Assembly: GCA_965203805.1 (NCBI GenBank)
Contig: OZ241917.1
Location: 2,560,001 to 2,624,000, forward strand
DNA from: Candidatus Latescibacterota bacterium
Lineage (GTDB): Bacteria > Latescibacterota > UBA2968 > GCA-2709665
Direction of reading: 5' to 3'
DNA length: 64,000 nt
Of the stretch, positions 49,889 to 60,160 are shown one piece after another. The notes beneath the pieces are model-generated. The model was not told where the DNA came from. It did no database searches and worked only from the letters and a program-made list of their open reading frames with translations. Made by a program: the position numbers and the translations under genes. Numbering within the stretch: the first letter of the stretch is position 1; the number at the start of each line of letters is the position of its first letter.

Positions 49889-50065
49889 GCCTGAGACCTG
49901 AGCCGCTCCCTGAGCTTGTCGAAGGGTCGGCGAAGGTGGTTAAAGAACGCCATATGGGTTACGAAACACGGGCATTTCGACAAGCCGTTTCGACAAGCTC
50001 AACGCACGCAATGACCACGTTTCGAAGCGTTCGCTTCGACAGGCCGTTATGACCGGCTCAGGGCC
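49889..50065. repeat. Nested CTGAG..TCGAAG / TTCGAC..CTCA repeats
   Basis: Multiple interleaved half-elements in both orientations. Confidence 0.7.
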
Positions 50066-50134
50066 AGACGCTCACACATCGTCCGGCATAACAGGGGATA
50101 CTTCGTCAGAGGGAGCGGCAGGCGTTGGAGGGGT

Positions 50135-50350
50135 TTACTCAGAGGCGTCTAAGCGTGCATCGTTTTTGGCAATACGTTCGCCGAAGGAATCCAGGCGTGT
50201 GTCGATCCGATCCAGGCGGGATTCGATCTTGTCAAAGCGAGCGTCCATTTTGTCTTCGAGTCTGTTTGCAAGCGTCCACATGGCGCCTGTCAGGGTGAAC
50301 AGAAAGACGGCCCTGCGGATGTTATCGGCAATGAAGATTTTCCCAATCAT
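50135..50350 (-). CDS. Small TM plus coiled-coil hypothetical protein
   Basis: Heptad-like RLEDKMDARFDKIESRLD; RBS GGAG; TTGACA upstream. Confidence 0.5.
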   Translation of the reverse strand: MIGKIFIADNIRRAVFLFTLTGAMWTLANRLEDKMDARFDKIESRLDRIDTRLDSFGERIAKNDARLDASE

Positions 50351-50570
50351 GGCATACTCCGCCGGTGTTGTTTACTGGAAAAATGTCCAGGTTTTCAATT
50401 CTTGTCAAGGACAGATATATTACTTGCAAGAGGTGCGTTCAGGCATCGTCCGGCGTGACAGGTCAACGTTGGGGTATCCTTAAGCAAGCCACTTAACAGT
50501 AGGGATTATCACAACTTTTGGTTGACCTTGACGGGCTCGAACGGGACCGTTTGACCACGCACATAATTAT

Positions 50571-51485
50571 CTAATCAGAATATGATTCTGTTGCCAAGAA
50601 AAAATCAAGTTCTCGCTTGGCCTTGCGCCAACGACGTTGCATTTGTTGGATAGTGTCTTCGGGTGATTCTCGCAGTTTCATGTTCTCTATTTGCAATCTT
50701 AGAATTTTCTCATTGCTCACTAAACCATACCCTTCTAAACTGAGTGGGAAATTATGAAAGCCGATATTCTGAATGGACCAACCTAGCGTAGTGAATTTGC
50801 TAAAGCTATTGGCCGGTACCTTAATGATTAAGGTATCATTGAGCGTTGGTTCACCAAGCAGTCTCCATTGACGTACATTCTCTGCATTGGAATGCCTTGC
50901 AAGTAGCTCGGTCAACTCCCGAAACTCCCGTAGTATTTCCCTAATACGTTTGACGTCAAATTCAAACTCTTCAGCATTGAAGTCCTTCGGATCAATGCGA
51001 AATCCCGGAGCTGTAGTCGGAGAGAAGGTAGACAACGGTTGGCTATATCGCCTATAATAATCGTATGCTTTTTTGGCGCTGTCTTTTAATGCCTCATCAT
51101 TTATGTGAAGTTGCCATAATAAGTCACTTATCTTTGGATCAGAGAAATATTGCAAGGCTTGCACAACATTGTGACGTATCCACCAATCTTCTGCAGTTGT
51201 TGCTTTGATTAAGGCTTCTCTAGCAATTATCCGTTTTTCCAAATTCGTGTGAAGAAATCCATCTTCCTGTTGTATCCAACGTTTAATCACCCAGGCCGCT
51301 GTAACCGGCGCTGTGTCAAGACCACTTCGACCCAATTCCTCAACAACCACTTCAAATACGGGCTCACCGATTTCCGCTACAGCACTGTCACCATGACTCA
51401 GAATCCATCTAGGGTATTTATCAGTCGCTGAAACCGGGGACATATACAATAGAAATAATATCAAAACACCTGCTGTGGTCTTCAT
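50571..51485 (-). CDS. Secreted hypothetical protein with HEAT-like segment (AT-rich)
   Basis: Signal MKTTAGVLILFLL..SA; DWWIRHNVVQAL. Confidence 0.75.
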   Translation of the reverse strand: MKTTAGVLILFLLYMSPVSATDKYPRWILSHGDSAVAEIGEPVFEVVVEELGRSGLDTAPVTAAWVIKRWIQQEDGFLHTNLEKRIIAREALIKATTAEDWWIRHNVVQALQYFSDPKISDLLWQLHINDEALKDSAKKAYDYYRRYSQPLSTFSPTTAPGFRIDPKDFNAEEFEFDVKRIREILREFRELTELLARHSNAENVRQWRLLGEPTLNDTLIIKVPANSFSKFTTLGWSIQNIGFHNFPLSLEGYGLVSNEKILRLQIENMKLRESPEDTIQQMQRRWRKAKRELDFFLATESYSD

Positions 51486-51530
51486 CCAAATATCCCTTCC
51501 TTTAATTCCCCTTTCGCCACAATTAGCTAA

Positions 51531-51822
51531 TGTCACGGTTCGCCCTAATGAGGCCATTCATGATCGGCATAATGGAGCCACCTGGAAGTGGCGATTTTAG
51601 TGTTTCGGAATGGGCACGTAATTAGTGTTTTTCAGCCTCCGTTCCAAGGTGTTTTTTGGGTGATTGTGGTAGGGTTTTGGAGATCGATAGCTGTCGCCGT
51701 CGAGAATGACACGATATGCGCCCTGTCTGAGGCGGTCGAGGGTGGCGGCGCGTTCATAACGTTCAGAGATGAGGTCGTGGAAGTCCTCGTCGTGCGGCGG
51801 CGCCATGGGATTGAGGCCGAAT
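51531..51822 (-). mobile_element. IS21-family right end plus internally deleted istB fragment
   Basis: TGTCACGGTTCGCCCTAATGAGGCCA..GATCGGCATAAT; DLISERYER|AATLDRLRQGAYRVILDGDSYR. Confidence 0.85.
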
Positions 51823-52086
51823 AGGGGCAGTCGAAAGGGGTGGACCAGAGTTAGGGTGGCGGAGGTGATTCCCCCTCAAGGGGGAGCGATGTCGATGTTC
51901 TGCCGGTCAGGTCGAGCACGGTTCCAGACGTTCAGGCACTATCCGGGGCGACAGGAGATACTTCCTCAGCCTGGAGGCTTCCTTAATCGGTCTCCAGGCC
52001 GGCAGAACGAAATCGAGGCAGGCAGGCCCCACCTTCACAACGGCTTCCTCAGCGTCTCCTTCTTACCGTGATTCCCCCTGCCCTTT

Positions 52087-52112
52087 GTAGGGGCGTCCCT
52101 TGTGGGCGCCCT
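52087..52112 (+). repeat. GTAG-tagged REP-like palindrome
   Basis: GTAGGGGCGTCCCTTGTGGGCGCCCT. Confidence 0.7.
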
Positions 52113-52210
52113 GCCGATGGTTCTCTGGCAGGCCGCACCGTTTCCTCAGGATGACAGTTTGAGCGAGGGCGTAACGGATGCCTTTCGCGAATGAGGATCA
52201 GCCGCACCGG

Positions 52211-55126
52211 CTAAAACACAAAGATATCCTCGAGCCCGACCTCGCTGACCGTTCCGAATTTCTCCAGCGCCGCGATGTCGATTTTGTTTTTGTCCCCAAC
52301 GATGGAAATCAGCTTGACGCGGTTCTTCAGGTGCTTCCCGTAGAACCCCAGCATGTCGTCCATTTCCGCGGCCTGGATTCTCTCGAATCGCGACTTTCGG
52401 GGATCCACGGGAACGCCCAGACGTTCCCAGGAACGAACGGATCCCAGGACCCGTCGAAAGCTGATTTTGCTGGTGCGGTATCTGTTCAGTATGGAGGTGC
52501 GGGCTTCTTCAAATCGCTCGGGTGTGACCGGCATGTTGTCGATCAGGTCGATAAACGCCGCCACGGCCTCGATCGTCTTGTCGGGCTGGCAGGCGATGGA
52601 TCCCGCCAGGAGGTTCTGGTCTCCCTTACGGTTGCCGTTGAAGTACCGCGCCCATGCCGAGTAGGCCAGCGCGCGGGCTTCCCGCAATTCCTGGAAGACG
52701 ATACCGCTCATTCCGCCGCCGAAATAGCTGTTGTAGAGTTCCGTAGCGGGAACCGACGCCTCGTTGTAATCCACGTCGCCGAACTCGATGTAGACGAGCG
52801 CCTGGGCGAGCGATTTGTCAAAAAAGCGGATTTCGGTCTTCTCGGGCGTCCTCGCCTTATAGAACCGGTACGGCGGGGGGTCTGCAAGATCACCTGAGAC
52901 CCTATGGTATTTCTTCAGCGCCGCCGTCACCCGTTCAAGGGGAAGAGAACCGGTATACGCGATCGTGTGCTTGTACTCCAACAGGCCCCGCACCAACCCA
53001 TGCAGTTCCTCAACCGAAAGTTCCAGCAACGCGTCGTTGGGCAGCATGCGCAGGTAGCGTGACGCTTTGCCGTATCTGTTGTTCAGGACAACGCCGCCCT
53101 GAATGGTGCGGTGATTTTTTTTCGTGTCCTCGCGCTCTCCGAGGATGATGCCGACAAGCTGTTCGAGTGTCGCCTTGTCGGCCGACGGGTTGCTCACAAG
53201 CTCAGCCATCAACGCCAGCGAGGCATCGAAGTTCTCGTCGAGGCCGGAAATGGTCACGGTGGTTTCATTGTTGCCCGCCGACAGAGAGAATTCCGTGCCG
53301 AGTTTGTACCACTCCTTCTTGAGGGCTTCGGAGGTGTGGCGTCCGGTACCCGACTTGTCGAGCAAGCGGGCGGCAACACCCATCCTGTTGTTCTGGTTGT
53401 TCCCGAGGTCCACCGTAAAGCTGAGCGTAAAGAGATCGTTGATCGGGTTGCGGGAATAGTAGAGCCGGACGCCATCGTGGTATTCCGCGATCCGGTAGTC
53501 CTTGTCCGGATCGACAAACGTCGGCTCGATTTCTTCCGCGGGCATGGACAGTACGTTGCCCGCGAAAGCGGACTGCCGGGTGGCGTCGATTTCGATCTTG
53601 TCGATCTGCGGTTTCGGAATTTTGGGAATTTCGTGCTGTTCATCCAGCCGGTACCCGGCAACGTAGTTGTCCGCGAAGTATTTCCGTGCGACGCGTACGA
53701 CGTCCGCTTTGGTGACCTTTTCAAGGCGGGCGATCTCACCGGCGGTATGGCTCCAGTCCTGGTGTGCAAGAAATGAATTCCGCATCCGGCGCACCCGTGC
53801 ATTGTCCGACTCCATTTCTCGCTTCTCGTACTTCTTGAAGTCGGTGACGATGGCGGGCAGAATCCAGTCTTCGAAACCCCCGCTCTTGACGATTTCAATC
53901 TGATCCAGGAGCAGTTGTTCGAGTTCCTCCAGTGCCTGGCCTTTTTTGGGAATGCCCCACAGATACTGGGCGCCGTGGTCGTTGTACAGGGTGGGGTACG
54001 ATCCGGCCCTGCGTACCCGTTGTTTCTGGTTCAGGTTGAGGTTGATCAGTCCGGCCGTGGCGTTGTCCAGGATCATATCCAGGAGTTTGAGCGCGTCCGC
54101 GTCTTCGTGATTCCTTGACGCGGTCCGGAATGCCAGAAGGGCGAACTCTTCTCCCTGGTATTTGACCTTCGCCCGTTCGACGCCGTTGAGGGGCGCTTCC
54201 TCCCAATCGGGCAACTGAGGCAGGGTACCCTTGCGCCACCCGGAGAAATGCCCGTCGATGAGTTTGATCGTTTCGTCGATCCGGATGTCTCCCGAGATCG
54301 CGATCGCCATATTGTTGGGCACGTAATAGGTATTGTAAAACCGGTACATGTTTTTCAGCGACGGATTCTTCAGGTGTTCCACCTTTCCGATCGTGGTCTG
54401 CTGGCCGTAGGGGTGTTTCTTGTAAAGCAGATCGGCGACCGCGTAGCTGATGATCCGGTCCTTGTTGTCCATCGACCGGTTTTTTTCTTCGTAGACGGTC
54501 TCGAGTTCGGACTGGAACAGCCGGAAGACGGCGTTCCGGAAGCGTTCGGATTCGATGACGGCCCAGTGGCGCAACCGGTTGGCGGGCAGATTGATCCTGT
54601 AGACCGTCTCTTCGTGCCAGGTATGCGCGTTCAATCCGGTGCCGCCCATGGCTTTGTAGAGCTTGTCTATCTCGTTTGGTATGGCATACGCGGCCGCCAG
54701 CTGGGACTCCTTGTTGATCTCGGCGTAGATGGCTTTTCGCTTTTCCGGGTCTGCTTCGCTGAAATGCTCCTCATAGAGACCGGTGATACGGTCGAGATGC
54801 GCTTTTTCCTTTTCGTAGTCGAGTGAACCGATGTTTTGAGTGCCCTTGAACAACATATGCTCCAGGTAATGCGCCAGTCCGGTGGATTCGGCCGGATCGT
54901 GTTTGCTGCCCGCCCGTACGATGATTTCCGCGTAAAAGCGAGGCGTCTGATGGTTTTCGGTGAGATAGACCGTAAGTCCGTTATCCAGACGAAAGATATG
55001 TGCCGCCATCGGATCGTCGGAACCGGGTTCGTGAATACGAGTGTACGCGGCATCGAGGCTGGATACCGGACCGCAGAGAACGGCGACAAGAAGAATGGCG
55101 GACGACGCGAAACGCGACTGATGCAT
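52211..55126 (-). CDS. M16 (insulinase/PqqL-like) zinc peptidase, secreted
   Basis: GLAHYLEHMLFKG (HxxEH), LDNGL, ELREARALAY; signal peptide. Confidence 0.94.
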   Translation of the reverse strand: MHQSRFASSAILLVAVLCGPVSSLDAAYTRIHEPGSDDPMAAHIFRLDNGLTVYLTENHQTPRFYAEIIVRAGSKHDPAESTGLAHYLEHMLFKGTQNIGSLDYEKEKAHLDRITGLYEEHFSEADPEKRKAIYAEINKESQLAAAYAIPNEIDKLYKAMGGTGLNAHTWHEETVYRINLPANRLRHWAVIESERFRNAVFRLFQSELETVYEEKNRSMDNKDRIISYAVADLLYKKHPYGQQTTIGKVEHLKNPSLKNMYRFYNTYYVPNNMAIAISGDIRIDETIKLIDGHFSGWRKGTLPQLPDWEEAPLNGVERAKVKYQGEEFALLAFRTASRNHEDADALKLLDMILDNATAGLINLNLNQKQRVRRAGSYPTLYNDHGAQYLWGIPKKGQALEELEQLLLDQIEIVKSGGFEDWILPAIVTDFKKYEKREMESDNARVRRMRNSFLAHQDWSHTAGEIARLEKVTKADVVRVARKYFADNYVAGYRLDEQHEIPKIPKPQIDKIEIDATRQSAFAGNVLSMPAEEIEPTFVDPDKDYRIAEYHDGVRLYYSRNPINDLFTLSFTVDLGNNQNNRMGVAARLLDKSGTGRHTSEALKKEWYKLGTEFSLSAGNNETTVTISGLDENFDASLALMAELVSNPSADKATLEQLVGIILGEREDTKKNHRTIQGGVVLNNRYGKASRYLRMLPNDALLELSVEELHGLVRGLLEYKHTIAYTGSLPLERVTAALKKYHRVSGDLADPPPYRFYKARTPEKTEIRFFDKSLAQALVYIEFGDVDYNEASVPATELYNSYFGGGMSGIVFQELREARALAYSAWARYFNGNRKGDQNLLAGSIACQPDKTIEAVAAFIDLIDNMPVTPERFEEARTSILNRYRTSKISFRRVLGSVRSWERLGVPVDPRKSRFERIQAAEMDDMLGFYGKHLKNRVKLISIVGDKNKIDIAALEKFGTVSEVGLEDIFVF

Positions 55127-55395
55127 GGATGAGTCTCCCTGTTGTGAATCCGATCGAACCAATGAACGTTACCGGGCATTGACCGCGAAATCCTCGCGGC
55201 CGCCGACTTAGCAATATAACAAGAGTGGCGGTTGAATTCAATCCCCCGCGGTGTTTCGGGCAGGTCCCGTGTCCGGTTGCCCCCGGCGCGCGGCGGACCG
55301 TTCCGCAAACCAATAGAGCGGCCGACATGACGTCGGCCGCTCAATGGAGTTTCCGTACCCGGTCGGGCGCGTGAAACCCTGCCCGCAAACCGCCG

Positions 55396-56658
55396 CTACT
55401 GAAGCTCCCCGGCTTGCGTCACCACCTTTCGGAATGCCTCCGCGTGTTCCCTGATGACTTCGGGGCGATAGTGCTTGAACCACGGGATGGAAAACAGGCG
55501 TTCCGACATCCGCTCCGTCTGCGGCAGGCTCCCCTCGCCGTGGCGAACGTCGGCGTCCGAATGCGCGACCCGCGTGGGTTCGCCGTGGCCGTAGACGTCA
55601 GCCTCGTTCAAAACCGGATGCAGGTGCATCAGCAGGTTGGCCCCTGCGCCGCAGGAGGTCCCTTCAGCCCGCACCGCCTCGCAGAACTTCCGCAGGGGCA
55701 GCCCGCCGAGTTCCTCCGGCACGTAGATGCCATGCGCGGCATACCAGCCGCCCATCGTGCTGCCGGAGCCCTTCGGCGGCCTGTGGGGGCGCAGCCCCGG
55801 CGCGCCTTCGAGCAGGTCCCAGAACGTGTTCATCGACCTGTCGATTTCCTCCATCCGTTCCCGGTAATGCCTGAGCTGGACGCGCCCTACGGCCGACGAC
55901 AACTGGTGCATCCTGTATTTGAATCCGCCCAGAGGCACGCCGGCAAACTTCTTCAACTCGGGATTCTCGATCTGCCCCGTCCGTTCGTAGTGGCCGAACG
56001 CAACCGCGCGTTCGTAGATCTCCTGGTCGTCGGTGACCAGCATCCCCGCCTCGCCGATCGCCAACGACTTTCCTGCCATGCAGGACATTGCGCCCACGTG
56101 GCCGATGCCGCCCGTCAGGCGCCCCTTGTACATCGCGCCGTGGGCGTGGGAGACGTCTTCGATCACCTTGATTCCGCGGGCGTTTGCGATTTCCATGATT
56201 GCATCCATATCCGTCGGATGGCCGAAATAGTGGACGGCCACGATCGCCTTGGTTCTGTCCGTAATCTTCCGTTCCACGTCGGCCGGGTCCAGTGTGATCG
56301 TCTCAGGGTCGATATCCGCGTAGACGATGGTCGCGCCGAGATTCATCGCCTGCAGCACCGATGCCCAGAACGTCATGCTCTGGCAGATGATTTCATCTCC
56401 CACACCCACGCCGCATCCGAACATCGCCGAATGGATCGAAGATGTACCCGTATTGTGCCCAAGCGCGTACTTCGTTCCGAACCAGTCGGCGTATTCCTTT
56501 TCAAACTTCACCGTGACGTCCGTACCGGACATGGCCCCGCGACGCAGTACCTCCAGCGCGGCCTCTTCGTCTTCCCCGGTAATGATCGGCCAGGTGAACA
56601 TGTCTCCCGGATCGGTCTTCACCGCCCTCGATCCACCCAGAATGGCCAGCTTGTCCAT
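55396..56658 (-). CDS. DegT/DnrJ/EryC1/StrS aminotransferase
   Basis: TKAIVAVH, IEDVSHAHGA, GKSLAIGEAG. Confidence 0.93.
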   Translation of the reverse strand: MDKLAILGGSRAVKTDPGDMFTWPIITGEDEEAALEVLRRGAMSGTDVTVKFEKEYADWFGTKYALGHNTGTSSIHSAMFGCGVGVGDEIICQSMTFWASVLQAMNLGATIVYADIDPETITLDPADVERKITDRTKAIVAVHYFGHPTDMDAIMEIANARGIKVIEDVSHAHGAMYKGRLTGGIGHVGAMSCMAGKSLAIGEAGMLVTDDQEIYERAVAFGHYERTGQIENPELKKFAGVPLGGFKYRMHQLSSAVGRVQLRHYRERMEEIDRSMNTFWDLLEGAPGLRPHRPPKGSGSTMGGWYAAHGIYVPEELGGLPLRKFCEAVRAEGTSCGAGANLLMHLHPVLNEADVYGHGEPTRVAHSDADVRHGEGSLPQTERMSERLFSIPWFKHYRPEVIREHAEAFRKVVTQAGELQ

Positions 56659-57045
56659 CGTCGAACCTCCTCAGGAACGTTCCACCCCTGCGTTCAGAAG
56701 CTACCTGGAAAATAACGTCAGAAACTACGAAACACGCGAAAAAAACGAAAGATCCGTGGCTGAGACCAATTACCGCAGGAGGCGCAACACCGCAATGTTG
56801 CACGCGGATGAATTCGCCTCAGCAATCGGTTTAATACCAAAATAAAACCGATTCCGCAAGCGAAATATGCCGCAATCGACCTTTCGCGTTTCCCCTTGAT
56901 TTTCAGCCATGAATTCGGTAATTAGCCTCAATTCGAAAAAAGAAAACCGAAGAATTGGCCACAAAAAGCACAAAAGGCACAAAGAGCATCCGTTCAAAGT
57001 AGCGTGTGTCGTAACGCCGCCAATTGTTCAGCACATCCGGTTTCC

Positions 57046-58023
57046 ATGTCCATCCTCATCACCGGAATCACGGGCAGGATCGGCGCCAACCTGGCCGGAG
57101 CGCTTGCAGGCCGGGGGCACGCCGTACGCGGCCTGGTCTGGCCGCGGGATCCCCGCGTCGACAAACTGAACGGCCTCGGTGTGGAGCTCGTCTCCGGCAG
57201 TCTCACGAATGCAGGCGACGTACTGGCGGCCATGCAGGGCATAGAGACGGTTTTCCACCTGGGCGCGGCCTTTCAGGGCGGCGGTCCGTTTTCCGAAACG
57301 GACTATTTCGAAATCAACGTGCGCGGCACGTTCAACATGCTCGAAGCCGCCAGAGCGCAGGACACGCCGCCGCGGTTCATTTTCGCGGGCACGGACGCCG
57401 TTTACGAAAAGTACGTCCCGGGGGGACTGGCCGAACCGATCCGGGAAGACCGGACACCCCGGCACTGCCGCGGATGGTACGCGCTGTCCAAATCGCTCGG
57501 CGAAGAACTCTGTACCGGATACTGGCTCACCTGCGAGCTGCCCGTGGTCGTGCTTCGGTTCTGCATGGTCTTCGGCGCGGGCGAGATTCTGGACTTTCCC
57601 CAGTTCCGATTGAGCGGATTGAAAGGCCGTCCCGAATTCAAGGGCTCGTGGCGGGGAACGGAGCGCCTGGTGGTACTCAGCGACCCGGAGGGCAGACCCT
57701 TCAAGAAACACGTCACTGACGTGCGTGACGTCGTCCACGGCTGCCAACGGGCGATGTGCGCGGAGGGCGTATCGGGTGAAATCATCCAGCTGGCCGGGCC
57801 TGCGCCCTTCACCTGGGATGAAGCCGTCCCGTATCTTTCGGAACGTCTGGACGTCCCCTATATCGAAGCCGTCCCGCGGGGAGACCCCACGTTCTATGAA
57901 TTCGACCTGTCCAAAGCCCGTAATCTGTTGGGGTTCAATCCCCGGTACGATATACGAAAGATGATCGACGATGCCCTGGCCTACCGGCGCGGGGATGACA
58001 TCGGCGTCCTGCCGACGGACTAA
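57046..58023 (+). CDS. NAD-dependent epimerase/dehydratase
   Basis: TGITGRIG, YALSK. Confidence 0.92.
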   Translation: MSILITGITGRIGANLAGALAGRGHAVRGLVWPRDPRVDKLNGLGVELVSGSLTNAGDVLAAMQGIETVFHLGAAFQGGGPFSETDYFEINVRGTFNMLEAARAQDTPPRFIFAGTDAVYEKYVPGGLAEPIREDRTPRHCRGWYALSKSLGEELCTGYWLTCELPVVVLRFCMVFGAGEILDFPQFRLSGLKGRPEFKGSWRGTERLVVLSDPEGRPFKKHVTDVRDVVHGCQRAMCAEGVSGEIIQLAGPAPFTWDEAVPYLSERLDVPYIEAVPRGDPTFYEFDLSKARNLLGFNPRYDIRKMIDDALAYRRGDDIGVLPTD

Positions 58024-58033
58024 GGAGGAGTTC

Positions 58034-58795
58034 ATGTCGCCGGAAGGCACCTTCTGGCCCGATGGCGCCCGGGGCGCCGTAAGCCTCACCTTCGACGACG
58101 GCCTCGAAACGCAACTGGACCATGCGATTCCCTGCCTGGACGAAGTCAACCTGAAGGGGACGTTCTACGTCAACCCCGGCCGGTCGGAAGTCTGGGAATC
58201 GCAGGTCCCCCGGTGGCAGCAGGCCGGCAAAAACGGTCACGAACTCGGCAATCACACCTCGATGCATCCGTGTTCCTGCAACTTCGGATTCCGAAACGAC
58301 GGCTATTGTCTCGAAAACCTGGGGCTGGATGACATCGCGCGCACCATCGACGAAGCCACCGAAGTCATGGACCGCCTGTTTCCCGAACAACAGGGCGACC
58401 GGACGTTCTGCTATCCCTGTTACCAGACCTACGTGGGGGCCGGCGAAAACCGGCAATCCTATGTCCCGCTCGTCGCCCGCCGGTTCAAGGCCGCCCGGGG
58501 CTGGGGCGAACGCGCCAACCATCCGGAACGGATCGACCTGGCATGCACGTGGTCCCTGCCCGTAGACGGACACACCGGAACAGAGATGGTCGCGTTCATC
58601 GACAACGCCGTGCGGGACGGTCTTTGGGCCGTCATCTGCATGCACGGCATCGGCGGCCAGCATCTCTCCATTTCAACGGCGTCGTTGAGGGAAGTCGTTC
58701 GGTATCTGGACGCCAACCGGGACAATATCTGGACCGCCACGATGATCGACGTCGCCGATCGTATCCTTCGGCATCGTCGCTCCCGGGACGGATAA
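58034..58795 (+). CDS. Polysaccharide deacetylase family protein
   Basis: SLTFDDG, HELGNHTSMH; RBS AAGGAGG. Confidence 0.92.
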   Translation: MSPEGTFWPDGARGAVSLTFDDGLETQLDHAIPCLDEVNLKGTFYVNPGRSEVWESQVPRWQQAGKNGHELGNHTSMHPCSCNFGFRNDGYCLENLGLDDIARTIDEATEVMDRLFPEQQGDRTFCYPCYQTYVGAGENRQSYVPLVARRFKAARGWGERANHPERIDLACTWSLPVDGHTGTEMVAFIDNAVRDGLWAVICMHGIGGQHLSISTASLREVVRYLDANRDNIWTATMIDVADRILRHRRSRDG

Positions 58796-58854
58796 CGGGA
58801 ACATCCGCTTCGCGGACCCCCTTTACTCAAGAGCGGAAACACAGAGGATTTCGC

Positions 58855-59961
58855 ATGATCGTACAGACACATCTCATCGGATGCCGTAAAGCCGACCTGG
58901 ACACGCCGGCGCTCCTGGTGGACCTGCCCACACTGGAACGAAACACCAGGAAGATGGCGGACACCATCATCCACAAAGCGGGCGTCCAGTGGCGGCCTCA
59001 CACGAAGGGCATGAAGACGCCGGCGCTCGCCCACCGGCTGCTGGAAGCGGGCGCCATCGGCATTACCTGCGCCAAACTGGGCGAGGCCGAGGTGATGGCC
59101 GCGGGCGGCGTCAACGATATCCTTATCGCCAACCAGATTGTCGGCCCCCGGAAAATCGCGCGCCTCGTCAACCTTCGAAAACAGGCCGACGTCATGGTCT
59201 GCGTGGACAATGAGAGCAACGTTCGCCAACTCAGCCTCGCCGCCGCGGAAAAAGGCGTGCGCGTCCGGGTGCTGATCGAGGTCGACGTGGGCATGAACCG
59301 CGCGGGCGTTGCGCCGGGCGGACCCGTTTTATCCCTTGCGCGGACGATCTCCGCCTGCCCGGGTCTGGAACTCTCGGGCCTGATGACGTGGGAAGCGCAC
59401 ACGCTGGCCATAAAGGACCCCTGCGAAAAACGGCGGATCATCACGGAATCCCTTTCGAAACTCACCGACAGCGCGGACCTGTGCCGCCGCAGCGGAATCC
59501 GCGTGGACATTCTCAGTTGCGGCGGCACAGGCACGTACTGGATCAGCGCTTTCCATCCCGGCGTCACCGAGATCGAAGCCGGCGGCGGCATCTTCGGCGA
59601 TATCCGGTACCGAACCGTCTTCGGTGTGCAGCACGAATACGCCCTCACGGTGCTTTCCACCGTCACCAGCCGACCCGCGCCCAACCGCATCATCTGCGAC
59701 GCGGGAAAGAAGACGATGAGCAGCGACTCATCCGTTCCGGCGCCGATCGGCATCCCCAACGTCACCCTGGTAAGCCTTTCCGCCGAACACGGTAAGATTG
59801 AACTGGGGGCCCCCGCGGAGACCCCGGGAGTTGGCGAAACCATCGAATTCGTGGCGGGTTACTCCGATACGACGGTGGTCCTGCACGACGAACTCTACGG
59901 AATCCGCGACGGCGTGGTCGAAGCCGTCTGGCCGCTTCCGGCCCGCGGCCGCCTGCAGTGA
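58855..59961 (+). CDS. DSD1-family PLP enzyme (D-threonine aldolase/D-serine dehydratase-like)
   Basis: DTPALLVD, RPHTK, GGTGT, DAGKK, SAEHG. Confidence 0.9.
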   Translation: MIVQTHLIGCRKADLDTPALLVDLPTLERNTRKMADTIIHKAGVQWRPHTKGMKTPALAHRLLEAGAIGITCAKLGEAEVMAAGGVNDILIANQIVGPRKIARLVNLRKQADVMVCVDNESNVRQLSLAAAEKGVRVRVLIEVDVGMNRAGVAPGGPVLSLARTISACPGLELSGLMTWEAHTLAIKDPCEKRRIITESLSKLTDSADLCRRSGIRVDILSCGGTGTYWISAFHPGVTEIEAGGGIFGDIRYRTVFGVQHEYALTVLSTVTSRPAPNRIICDAGKKTMSSDSSVPAPIGIPNVTLVSLSAEHGKIELGAPAETPGVGETIEFVAGYSDTTVVLHDELYGIRDGVVEAVWPLPARGRLQ

Positions 59962-60160
59962 CATGACCCGGCGGGTCCGGAATTCACCCATTGCAGAAAG
60001 CGGTCGCGAAATGACCGGAAACAGCCGCTCGAAACCGCACGTTCCGCCGCTCGAGCGACCTCCGGTTTCGGCCAGTTTTGTATTGACGAATTTCGCATAA
60101 ATCGTTATCATAAGTGCTCTTTACGAAGGAACCGAACGCGATCCATCCCCGGGGACTTAA

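Noticed and set aside
55414-56715. 433-aa plus-strand ORF
   Set aside because: Antisense shadow of the DegT aminotransferase
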